Of a DNA stretch of 64,000 nucleotides, positions 52,935-64,000 are shown one piece after another. Location: positions 490,558,373 to 490,622,372 of the forward strand of contig NC_058133.1 in the NCBI RefSeq assembly GCF_016433145.1. The letters are read 5' to 3'. Both the position numbers and the translations under genes were made by a program. The stretch comes from Gracilinanus agilis (lineage: Eukaryota). Under the pieces are notes generated by a model. It was not told the origin of the DNA and searched no databases. It saw nothing but the letters and a program-made list of their open reading frames with translations. Each line of letters begins with the position of its first letter. Positions within the stretch are counted from its first letter, which is position 1.

Positions 52935-53990
52935 AGAAAAGATAGGCAGAATATGACAGTAAAGGAAAAAGAATAAATGTTGGAGGTGATGTGGCAAAAA
53001 TGGGACCCTATTGCACTTCTGGTGAAGTTGTGAATTGATCTAACCATTCTGGAAGGAAATTTGGAATCATGCCCAAAGGGCTTTGAAAGAATGCATGACC
53101 TTTGATCCAGCAATACCACTACTAGGTTTGTATCCAAAAGAGATTTTTAAAAAATGGGGTTGGACCTGTTTGTACAAAAATATTTATAGCCACGCTTTTT
53201 GTAGTAGCAAAAAATTGGAAAATGAGGGGATGCCCTCGAATTGGGGAATGGCTGAACAAATTATGGTATATGATAGTGATGGAATGATATTGTGTTATAA
53301 GAAATGATGAATAGGATGATTTCTTTAAGAACTAGAAAGAGCTCTGTATAGTTAGAAATATCTTGAATCCCTAAAAAACTAGATTACCCAAACTTCCTTT
53401 CTGTATTATCTACAATGCTTTTCCTTTTGTTTATGTTTGCGTGGTCAGGTTTGTATAAATTCTAAGGCTCCACCTGGTTCTTTTTTTTGCTGGGTGAGTT
53501 TAGCACCTTTTCCCTCTAGTTTTTTATGTTAGTTTATTATTAATAAAACTTTATTAAATAGAATATCTTAGTTATTGAATGTTAATTTTAAAATCAACAC
53601 CTTCATGAATTGATGCAGAGTGAAATAATCAGAACCAGGTTAATGTTAATTAAAACACTGTGAAATGATCAAATGTAATAGACTTTGCTGCTAATAGCAG
53701 TGCAGTGATCCAGGACAATTCTGAGAGATTTTATGACAAAGAATGCTTTCCACATTGAGAGAAAGACCTGTGAGAGTAAAAATGCAGGAGAAAACACATG
53801 ATTTATCACTTGTTCATATAGGTATGTGATTTGGGGTTTTGGTTTTTGAAAGATTATTACCAAAATGAATAATATGGAAATAGGTTTTGAATGATAATAC
53901 ATGTGTAACCCAGTAGAATTGCTTGTTAACCCCGGGAGGGAGGAAGACAACATGAATCACCTAACTGTGGAAAAATAAATAAATAAAAAA
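52935..53990 (+). mobile_element. L1 ORF2 C-terminus/3'UTR split by a solo LTR
   Basis: CMTFDPAIPLLGLYPKEI; L1 resumes at ccttcatgaattgatgcagagtgaaa (53600). Confidence 0.9.
53345..53599 (+). mobile_element. Short solo LTR, 255 bp, sense to RPA1
   Basis: TG...CA ends; TATAAA 53454-53459; AATAAA 53542-53547; cleanly interrupts L1. Confidence 0.75.
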
Positions 53991-54269
53991 TTTGGAGGGC
54001 ATAGGCAGATTCTCATGGTCAAAAGTTCTACAAAGGAATTCATCAAGGATGCATTGGAAGCTCTCAAAACTGAAATCCCAAAGACACAAAGAAACAGTTA
54101 GGATTAAGAACTAACAAGGGTAATTGTCAAAAAGCCAAAACCAAAAAGATGATGTTGATATACAAAGAACTCGTCAACCAGTTTAGATTTCTAAAAGACA
54201 CATTTAGAAGATAATTGCAAACTAGAATATGAAAGAACACCTCCAAATAATTAGTATTAGAAATGAAAA

Positions 54270-54800
54270 GCAAAACAACTCTGAGATTTCACTCATAGCT
54301 AGCAAACTGGCAAAGATGAGTGGGAATGGTTATTACTAGAGGAATTGTGGGAAGATAGCCACACTATTGGTCTGTTGTTGAAACTGCAAATGGGTCTAGC
54401 TGTTCTGAAAGGCAGTTTAGAATTATGAAAAGAAAGAGACCAAAATGCCCATATCCTTTGACCCAAAGATTCCCTTGCTAGGCACATTCCCCAAGAAAGT
54501 CATTGATAAAAAGGATGTTGTCTAGGCCCAAAGATTACAGCAGCCACTTCTGTGGTAGCAAAGACAAAGTGGGTGTTGGTTGATTGGGGTCTACTGTATC
54601 TAAAAAGATATGGTGTGTGAATGTAATTGAATATTATTATTCTGCAAGAAACAATGAAGGTGGTAAATATAAAAAAGAAGGGAAGATTTCAGGAGCTGAA
54701 GCCCAGGGAAGCTGAGCTTAGACATACGATGACTGTACCCATGGAAATGGAAAGACAAAGAATGTTCATTGTTCTTAGCAAGAAAAACTGAAGCAAATGA
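54270..54800 (+). mobile_element. Older L1 3' fragment
   Basis: acaactctgagatttcactc..ctttgacccaaagattcccttgctaggc. Confidence 0.75.
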
Positions 54801-55299
54801 TGGGTTAAGGAGCTGGGCCTTCTATTTATTTTCTTTCATCATTGTTTCAGTCACCCAAAACAGTAGGCCTTGCCTTTCATTAGTCTTCCCTTTTCCTCCC
54901 AAACATGTTAAAATCTGTTTCTTTTCCTTGGTTTCCCTCATCAGCCTCAGCTCATTCTGAGTTTTGACATTCCTCAGACCAGTTTTATAGCATTGCCACT
55001 TATTTCTGGTCCTTCCCTCTCCCCCCCCCTCCCCATCCTTACTTCTCTCTTTGAACATGTCTTTTTTAAAAAAAAATTTTTTTTTATTATCTTTTGCTTT
55101 TATTTCACCTACATTTCCCAGTATATCCTCTCCCTTTCCCTCCAGAAGGTCCTATCATTTCCAAAATTCAGACTTCTGAAATTTCTCTCTCAGATTGCAA
55201 CCTCCTTTCTCTTCTCACCCTATTCTTTGGCCTCCAAGCATTAGCCCCCTTCTTACTCTTCTGGTTCATCATCCATCCCTACTATCTTCTTCTTTTTTT

Positions 55300-58200
55300 T
55301 TTTTTTTTCCATTGCAGTTGATCATGTAGTTAGCCAGTTCATGTCTCTCCTCGAATTCTCTGCCTTGGGTGTCCTGCCACTCGTCCCTTACCAAACCTCA
55401 ACCTTGGTTTCTTCCTGCTGTCTGCCTCCTCTTCCCTTCCTCACGTGCTACCAGAGGAAGTCACTCTGCTTTGTTGACTGAGTTCCAAGAAGTTTATCTT
55501 ATTCCAACTGGGACCACGGTGCTTTACAGCAATCTTTTTATTCTTTCCTAATTAACTATCACACTTCCCTGGTAACTCTTCCAAACCTCTTTTCTCCTCC
55601 AGCCCCTTTACCACCACCTTCTCTACAGAGAAAATAAAGGCTATCCATCATGATCTTCCCTTCAAAACTCCTCTATTTCACCCCCTCTTTTGACCCTCTT
55701 GGTTTTCAATATATCACAGAGAAATGGCTTTTCTCATCAAGGCTAACTTTTCTACTTGTACATTTGAGCTTATCTTCCCCCTTCCTCAGAAGCTTACCCC
55801 CTTTCTCTACTCATCAGTCAGTCCCTATATTTTGTTTCCTTCTTGATGCCAACAAATCTGCCTGAGTCTCTCCCACCCTTAAACCCCTACTTATACCCCT
55901 CTTCCTTTTCAGACTGGGGAAACTGGGTATGGCTATGGAGAATGGCAGACTTTGGGGATATGTTGGATAGTTTTGCTGAGCTAATTTGTTATTTTTCCTT
56001 TTTTGTTCTTTGTGATGAGGGATGGCGTTTTAGAAAGGAGATGTATATAATATAAAAACAAAAGATCAGTACATATTTCCTTGATTATACTTCCCTCAAG
56101 CTATCATCCTATATCTTTCCTCCCTTTCATAAACAAACTCTTTGCCATCTCTTCTCATTGCTTCCATTTCCTCTCTTCTCACTTTCCTATTTCTGGCTTC
56201 TGATTTACCATATAATCAATCACCAAATATTGATTAAGCACCAGCAACTTCTCAGGCCCTGTGCTAGGTGCTCAGAGTATGGGTACTAAGAATGAAACAA
56301 CCCCATTCAGAATGAGTTTACATTCTAATAGAGAAGACAACAATTAAAAATAAAATATATATTTATACACAACACAAGTGTAAAGTGAATAGATAACAAA
56401 TATAAACAAAGCTGTTAAATATAAGGTAATTTAAAGGGAGGGCAATAGCAGTTGGGGTAAACCTGCAAGAAACATGCAGAAGTTAATGCCAAAGCTGCAT
56501 TTAATTTTCCTTCTTTTCCTTTCTCGCTCCCTCCTTCTTTCTTTTCTTCCCTCCCTCCCATAAAAGCACCATGCCCAGGTCTGGAGATACAAAGAAAAGC
56601 GAAAATAGTCCTGAAGGAGCAGCTAGGTAGCACAGTAGCTAGTAGGTAGTAGTAGACCTGACAAAGCTAACATTTTAAAGGAAGAGAGGAACTCGGGGGC
56701 ATACCTTGTAGATATAGGGATGACCAGTGCCAAAGCATGGAGATGGAAGATGAATAGCATGAGAAGAAGAGATCCATTTTGGCTGGATCAGAGTCTAAGA
56801 TGGGAAAAATGTTTGGTGAGGGTGGCTGGGTGGTACAGTGGGCAGAATTCATCTGTAAAATGGTGATAACACACCTGTTTCTTGGCCTTGTTGCGAAGAT
56901 CAAATGAAATAATACTTGTGAAGCATTTAGCACAGTGCTTGCCCCAAAGCAGGCACATAATAAGTGCTTGTTTCTCTTCCTTCCCCCTCGCAGTGAGGTT
57001 AGAAAGATTATTTGGGACCAGATTGTATAATAGATCTTGAAAAGCTAAACAGAAGAATTTCTATTTTATCCTCGAGACAATTGGAAGCTATTGGGATTGA
57101 TTGAATAGGCAAGCCACAAGTCCACCTTAAGGAACATTACTTTGGCATTTGTGTGTAAGGTAGACTGGAGTGGAGAGAAATTTAAAGTAGAGAGTCCAAT
57201 TATTAGGAGGCTGTTATAATAACCTAGATGACAGGTGATGGGGTCCTGAACTAAGATAGTGGCTGGGAGAGTAGAGAGGCAAGGAGTCATACAGAGAAGA
57301 AGACAGTGAAGACTGAAATGAAATGGTCCTGTTTGGCAACTGTTGGCATATGAAGGCTGAGGGAGAGTGAAGAGGTCAAGATGATGCCAACAGAAGGATA
57401 GGAGGCCTTCGATAGGAATAGGAATGAGTTTAAGAAGAAAGATAGTAAATTTAAACATGTTGAGTTTAAGATATCTCTGGGTCATTCAGTTTGAAATGTC
57501 TATTAGGCAACTGAATATCAGGAGGGACCAGGGCTGGATATAGAGATCTGTGAATCATCTGCATAGAAATGATAGTTAAACCCCTGGAGAAGAGAAGAAG
57601 GCCCAGCACATCAGTTCAGGAGATGTAATGATGAACCTGCAAAGGAGACTGGAAGGGAGCCATTGGTTGAATCAAGAAAGAGAAGTGTTCTGGAGACCCA
57701 TGTGTAGGGGCCAGAGAGGGAGGGAATGATGGTGCCAAATACAGTAGAAGGGGTGAGAGTCATTCACTCCGAGAAGAGACCATTCAATTTGGCAATTAAG
57801 AGAATCATGATAACTTGGGTGAAAGCTGTTTCTGTCAGGTGATGAGGTCCGGAGCCATTTTGCATCAGGTAGAAGAGTGGAAGACTATTTTGTGGAGTTT
57901 GATCGAGACAGAGATAGGGAGAGATAGAGGCCAGGAGCTTGAGGGGACCGTAGCGTATAGAAATTTTGTTTTACAAGTGAGGGAGACTTGACTAAAACTG
58001 TTCCTTCCCAGATTATGAGGGATCTCTTAATGATGAAATCTGATAGTCTTTTCTCAGTTTACCCTTCTTGACTTAGATGGAGTTTTTGACACTTGGTCAT
58101 GATTTCCTCCTAGATATATACTCTGCCCTTACTGCCCTTTTTCTCCTACTTGCTTAATTTTCTCCTTTACTAAGGCCACAGTTCAAGTCCTGCCCCCTAA

Positions 58201-58400
58201 CTGTAGGAGTCCTCCGAAAGCTCTCCTTTTCTCTCTTCTTTTGGTGACTGTATCAGCTTCTATGAGTTCAGATATCATTCCTAAGCACTCCAATTCCTGC
58301 CTTAGGAATCTGCTTCACATCTCATGATCTCTAGACCTCCCATTAACAGCTGACTGCCTAGAGAGCCTTTACATGTCAAAATCTACATCTCCAAAACAAA
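55300..58400. mobile_element. L2/MIR fragments in both orientations
   Basis: Alternating pyrimidine-/purine-rich L2 blocks; MIR core ctgtaaaatgg..ttgcgaagatcaaatgaaataat near 56850-56990. Confidence 0.65.
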
Positions 58401-58943
58401 ATTCATTCTCTTTTCCCCCATTTTTCCTTCTATATATTGTATGTTGTTTGTTGACAGCAGTGTACTACTTAATGTAACAGAATTCCACCTTAAAGTTTTC
58501 CTTCTGGCAAGGTGTCCCGCATATATGTGTTAGATACAAGATTCCTTATTCAACAACTGCTGCCCTCGCCCCCTCAAATTATTAATATCAGATGAGACAT
58601 TAACTGGGAGAAGTATGTTCATCAGAGGGATTTGCCGCTGTTAGAGGAAATCCAGTGGAGATTCCTTCAGACTTGACTCCACTTGTGGAAGGCGCCATCA
58701 TCACCTGCAGCCTCACCATCATCTTTGGCCCCTCATCTCCCCTGAGCCAAGGTCTGACCTGGAATCTTGGCTCAGACACGAGTAATAGCTGTGGGACCCC
58801 CTGTTAAATGGGGAGACTAATAGCACTTCACAAGATTGTTGTACAATTCAAATGAAATAATATGTGGGAAACTGTGAGCTGTTATTTGCCAAGTCTTGTC
58901 AGTTCTGCTTCAATATGTTTTTCAGCTGTCCCTTCCCTCCACT

Positions 58944-58958
58944 TCAGACACAGACACA

Positions 58959-59010
<52 letters not shown>
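58944..59010. repeat. (CAGA/CA)n microsatellite
   Basis: cagacacagacacagac(ac)n. Confidence 0.95.
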
Positions 59011-59014
<4 letters not shown>

Positions 59015-59167
59015 CTGCACTCTAGAAATAGATTCTGATTGGTCTTGGAGCTTCCAGGTTCTCCATCCTTCCTATAGCTGCTAAGTTAATATTCCTCAGC
59101 TTTGTCTTTTTCTTTGTTCTGTAAGAAGGGAATTTTAGATATGTGGTGTGTGTGTATGTATTTAAGG

Positions 59168-59736
59168 TGTGATCACCAGGAATCAAGCCAGATCAGCTTG
59201 ATTCCATAATTAATATGGAACCAAGTCAGGATGGCTTTTATGGTAGTTTATTTACAATTAGGAAGGTTGAACTCTGGCGGAGGAGGATTTAGAGCTAAAT
59301 TAAACAAGGCTACTAGCCGCAAGGCCTTGACAATTAGAGAGGCGAAGAAGCCTCCTTGAGGATAGAGATTCTAGAACGCCAAGAGAGGTGAGGGAAAGTC
59401 AGCCTAACTTACCCACGTGACAATTCAGAGGGAAGCTGCCTGAGGTCTCACCAGAGATCCTTCTACCCCAAGTTCAAAGCGCCAACTGCCTCACAGGAAG
59501 TTACCAGCTGCTTTCGTCACTTCCTGCACCCACCTCTAATTTCAAGCAGACAAATGGCAGTCTCAACACTGTTTTGGACTGCCCAAAGGGCAGTCCCTTG
59601 TTCTTGATTTGTTATTTATTGTCACGTGTAGGTAACTCATCTCCCCTCCCCACCCCCACTCAGGGAGGTGGGATGACATTGTCTCTGGCGGCTAGAGTTT
59701 TAACTATGAATGGGGTGAGCTAATTCCATTTACACA
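59168..59736 (-). mobile_element. Solo ERV LTR related to 9053-9783
   Basis: tgtga...tacaca ends; minus-strand AATAAA 59247-59252; shared internal motifs. Confidence 0.72.
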
Positions 59737-60124
59737 GTTCCCTTCTCCCTGCTCAGATATATCTTCACTTGCTCCCTATTGCCTTTATGATAAAAATAAA
59801 TTCTTCAGGCTCACATTTAAAGCCTTTCCTAACCTGGTTTCTCCCTTTTCTCTTATCATCCTTTTTCTTCTTGATTCCCTGAGCTCAATGTGCCATCTCC
59901 CACCTCTGCGCCTGCAGAAGCTGATCATTACCTGTCTCCATTGTACTTCCTTCTCACCTGTCTCTCAGAATCTGTCTTATTTCAAGATTCTGTTCCGCCT
60001 ACATGAAGCCTTTCCTGATCTCTCCAATTGCTAATGCTCTTCCCTCCTCCAATCTATCTTAATAATAGTTGCCATTTCTATAGCATTTTAAGGTTTGCAA
60101 TGCATGCTACAAATATCTCATTTT

Positions 60125-60590
60125 AGGTGACTCATGGAAAAAGCACTGGGCCCAGAGCCAGGAAGATCTGAGTTCAAATTTGGCCCTAGACACTTAATCA
60201 TTTGTCTTTGGGATCCTGGGCACACTTAGTCCCTCTCTGCTTTGGCTTCCTCATCTGTAAAAGTGGGGAAATAATAGTACCTACCTCCCAGTGGTTGTTA
60301 TGAGGACCAAATAAGCTAATATATTTAAAGTGCTTAGCCCAGCACCTGGCACATAGCAAATGCTTAATAAATTCTTGTTTCCTTCTTTTTCCTCACAGCA
60401 GTCACTGGGAATAGATGCTATGATTATCCCAGTTTTACAGATGAGGAAACCAAGGCAATTAGAAGTGAAGTGACTTGCCCAAGATCACATAGATAGTTAA
60501 GTATCTGAGACTAGATTTGAATTCAAGAAGATGAATCTTTCTAACATGAGGCCAGGCCTTCTATCTGCTGCTCCCCCTAGCTGGCCCACT
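60125..60590. mobile_element. Two MIR/CORE-SINEs in opposite orientations
   Basis: cctcatctgtaaaa..gttgttatgagga core (+); ttttacagatgaggaaac..aagtgacttgcccaagatcac (-). Confidence 0.85.
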
Positions 60591-60599
60591 GGGGTGCAG

Positions 60600-61080
60600 A
60601 AGATGCTCAGGGAAGACCACTACTCTGGCGTGAGGCCTTGCCAAGCCCTTTTCAGGGCTGCCTTCCTCCTTGGGCATCCACCTGCCACTCAGCTCTCACC
60701 CTAACTCCAAGAAGCTGTCATGTGCTGGTGAGCCATCGGCAGGCAGGCGAAACCAGGTTGAAAGTAGCCAACAGACCTCCAACCTGTCACAAATTAGGGG
60801 AGGGGTCTACCCCGGGATGCAAAGGTTTCCCCCGCAGAAGAAGTTCATGAGAGCAGTTTGTTCCAGGAGCCATGAAGGGGGTGGAAGCAGGCCGCACGGA
60901 GCTAAGATGAGTGCTTGGTGAGGCAGTGAAGAAGCCGGGGGTCCCCTGTGTCCCGAGCCATCGCCAGGCGTCCTGACTGGAGGAGAGAGAGCGCACCTTG
61001 GCCTCACTTCAGTGCCGCACCTACGGCACGGCCAGTGATGTCAGCGTGGGCTCCTTCCGCTACAGGGACAATAACTGAGC
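60600..61080 (+). mobile_element. Marsupial RTE-associated SINE (WALLSI/MAR4-like)
   Basis: Collinear with recalled consensus: cagggaagacc, gcccttttcagggctg, ctccaagaagctgt, aaaccaggttga, gtctacccc, ccatgaagg, gccatcgccag.cgtcctgact, gcctcactt, (aac) end. Confidence 0.7.
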
Positions 61081-62859
61081 CGTGTTACCTAGTGAAGAGG
61101 AGCTCCTCGCAGACGTCCGGCCTCACCCGTTATTTCACTGCCTCTCAGAGGGCACTCTAGGCTCTGGAAGGTTGTACACGTTCTGGCAGGTTCTTTCGGG
61201 GCAAAAAGGTCCTAATGACAGATGATGTGTTTCTACTTAGTGAGAGCTCTGCAGCCTACCACCGATGCCTTACCTGATCATGAATTCCTGTGTTGTGGCA
61301 ACCTGTAAAACTAGGAAAAAGCCAGAATGGCCCTATGTCTTATGCAGCCCACTTCTGCTCTTGGGGTGCAGAAAAGTCACCGTGTAAACACTGAACATGA
61401 AGTCTTTGTCCAGGACCATCAGGGGGGCTTACCAGTGGAAGAATAGAATCACTTTAGGCTTGACCATCTCACCAAAGAAAGCTAGAATATTAAAGGAGGT
61501 CACATGAAATGGAAAGATAACTCCCAGGTTCTCTCTTGATAATCTGTAAGGAGCTGGCAGAGTTAATTTTATTGTGCGTTCATCAATAGCATGTTCAATT
61601 CAGGAAGGATTTATTAATCAGCCAATGCATCCTGGGGATACAGAAACCGAACCACCCTTTCCTCAAGGAGCCTTCATTCTACTGAGGAGAGCAGTATGGG
61701 CACAGAGAAGTGTAAAATGTGTATGGAATAAATACCAATTAATTTTAGGAGAAGCAGTGACAAACCAGGGGGATCAGGAGGCCTTTTGAGAGGAAGTGGC
61801 ATGTGAACTGAACCTTTAAAGTTATGTTCAAGTCCCAGAGGAAGAGATGAGAGAGGCATTCCAGACATGAGCTAGATAGGAAAAGGAGTGTTGTCAACAG
61901 GTTGGGTTGTGCAGTGTGTGAGGGAGATAACTGGAAATCAGTTTGGAAAGTAAAAAGAGAGTAGAGAGGAAAACCAGTTTAAAGAAAGCTTGTCAAGAGA
62001 CTCAAGAAAGTCATTCCAAGGGCATTTAAAAATATAACCGGAGGAAAGACAACAAATTGTTAGAAAATGGAAAAGATCTGCAAGGATTTCTTTCCTCTTC
62101 TCCCTCCCCCCCCTTTTTTTCTTTTTCTTTTTTTTTGAGCAGACTCTTCAAAATCCAGGTCTTAATTGAGCCATTCTATGGATTCCATTGTCACAGTCTT
62201 TAGTGGCTCTTAAAAGTGTAAATGTCACTAAAGAAGACCAAATCTATCCAGAAAAGGTGTGTGCTAGAGGTGAACTAATTTTGAGGGCATTTGGGAATTG
62301 ATTCTCAAGTGACAAGTAGAGGAGAAGATAAAAGAATGCAAAAGATCTCAGGACTTATTACTCCTAAAAAAGGTTAAAGCATCAATAACCATCAATGTAT
62401 ATTCACTTTATATTATGTACAGAATTTTTGTGAAAATTTATTCGTGCAATAAGGCATCCCTCTGAGGGAACTGGAAGGAAATAAGCAGACTTTCACAAGG
62501 CGAAGTTCCGTAAAGACCATGTCTTTACCATTATAGATAGAATTGACTAGAAGATGGTGAAGTACAAGATTCCACTCTACTTATGGTTTGTTGCCCAAAA
62601 AAAACCCCAATTTTATTTAGTAGAATGAAATTCTATCTTAAATGTTTTCTTCCAACAAAATGTCCTCATTTGCATGTCAGAATTATACATCTTCCCTTGA
62701 AAGGAATAACAGAGAGAACTTTGTTCAGTAATCACCTTGCAGAGCTCAGACCAGAGAGACAGTCACCAAACTTTACCGGGGGTCAGACCACTTTTGGAGC
62801 ACTGAAATCTTATAGATCTCCAGCCAAAACTGTCATCTGGATCCTGGTATGACACCACA

Positions 62860-63885
62860 CTCATCCTAAGAAAATAGCAGCAGGACCACTCCCCCCCATG
62901 ACCTTCCCCTACAGAAGTGCATGGAGTCTGTCCTTAACCTAAAGTCAGAAATCAGGAAATAAGTTAGAAGAATGAGCAAACAAAAACTCCCACAATAAAA
63001 AGATATTACAATGACAAGTACACTCAACATAAGAAAGAAGAAAATTATTCCTACATCTCCAGGCAAAGCCTTTAAAAAAAGCATAGTTTGACCACAAATT
63101 CAGCTAGAATTCTTGAAAAGAGATAAAGCAAGTGTTAAAAAATGTTTTTAATGGCTAAACAAAGTGTGGTATATGATTATAATGGAATACTACTGTGCTG
63201 TAAGAAATGATGAGCAGATTAATTTGAAAAAATGTAAGGAACTACATGAGATAAATCAAAAGTGAAATGAGTAGAACCAAGAGAACATTATATACAGCTA
63301 CAGATTTCATATTTGAAGGATAACTTGTGAATGTTCACCTCCAGAGCTTGAACTGAAAAATGGAAACATGAAAGACATAATCTGTGAATGTGTGTATATA
63401 TATATATATCTATATCTGTATCTATATCTATGTTTGTTGGATGATGCCTTTTCTGGTGTGAGGAAGAGGGGCTGAGATACCTGGAAATAAATTCTATTAT
63501 TTTTTTTAAGAGAATGGTGGGGAGAGAGTATTAAGCAAAACCAATTAGGGATGTACAAAATTAACAGCCTTTTTTGTAGTAGCAAAGAATTGGGAACTGA
63601 GGAGTTGCCAATCTATTGGGGGACTGCCGAATGAGTTAGGATATGGAAAGGTGATGGAACATATGGTGCTGTAAGAAATGATAAAGAGGGTGGTTTCAAG
63701 AGAATCTGGGAAGACTTGTATTTACTGATCCAGTGAAATGAGCACAAGTAGGAGGACAATTATACAATGACTGTTGTAAAAGCAAACTACTTTGTAAGAC
63801 TTAGAGATGACTAACCTAGTTCCAGAAGACTGATGATGAAACATGCGTCTAACTTCTTGGTAGAGAGGTGAAGGACTCAGAGGGG
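62860..63885 (+). mobile_element. L1 pieces: ORF1 start then two 3' ends
   Basis: atgagcaaacaaaaactcccacaataaaaag ORF1-like start; atggaatactactgtgctgtaagaaatgatga 3' motif twice. Confidence 0.75.
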
Positions 63886-63897
63886 AAGCCCTAGGCA

Positions 63898-63900
63898 GGC

Positions 63901-63984
<84 letters not shown>

Positions 63985-63987
63985 ACT
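63898..63987. repeat. (CAGA)n(CA)n compound microsatellite
   Basis: Visible directly; source of the VCVCVC track ORF. Confidence 0.97.
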
Positions 63988-64000
63988 CTCAATAGGACAA

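Noticed and set aside
60638-61225. Long + frame interrupted only by TGA stops (…LEERERTLASLQCRTYG…), suggesting a processed pseudogene or selenoprotein
   Set aside because: The DNA is collinear with a marsupial RTE-associated SINE, no protein is recognisable, and TGA is the expected stop in GC-rich sequence
61741-61800. caggaggccttttgagaggaagtg resembling exon 16 (QAFEEV)
   Set aside because: Out of frame, no splice sites, and inside an L2 fragment

Overview
Marsupial (didelphid opossum-like, judged from SINE1_Mdo/Mar1-type SINEs and opossum-type L1/hAT elements) genomic DNA lying entirely inside the RPA1 gene (replication protein A 70 kDa subunit, + strand). Coding exons 2-15 are present (1623 nt, 541 codons, all GT-AG, reading frame continuous). 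Exon 1 lies upstream, and exons 16-17 are not found in the last ~17.8 kb. The rest is intron packed with L1, L2, MIR, marsupial SINEs, RTE-derived pieces, solo LTRs and hAT/Tigger DNA transposons. Nearly all ORF-track entries are chance ORFs or decayed L1. I found no convincing novel multi-gene system. The best leads are an Asp-to-Phe change in the conserved RPA70N 'LKDGR' loop, OC1-like hAT MITEs from a horizontally transferred family, a 59-bp minimal MITE, a CpG-rich X-box-containing block upstream of exon 6, and a hairpin-masked candidate poison exon. Repeat family names and human RPA1 residue numbers come from recalled consensus sequences, not database searches. Repeat boundaries without TSDs are approximate.
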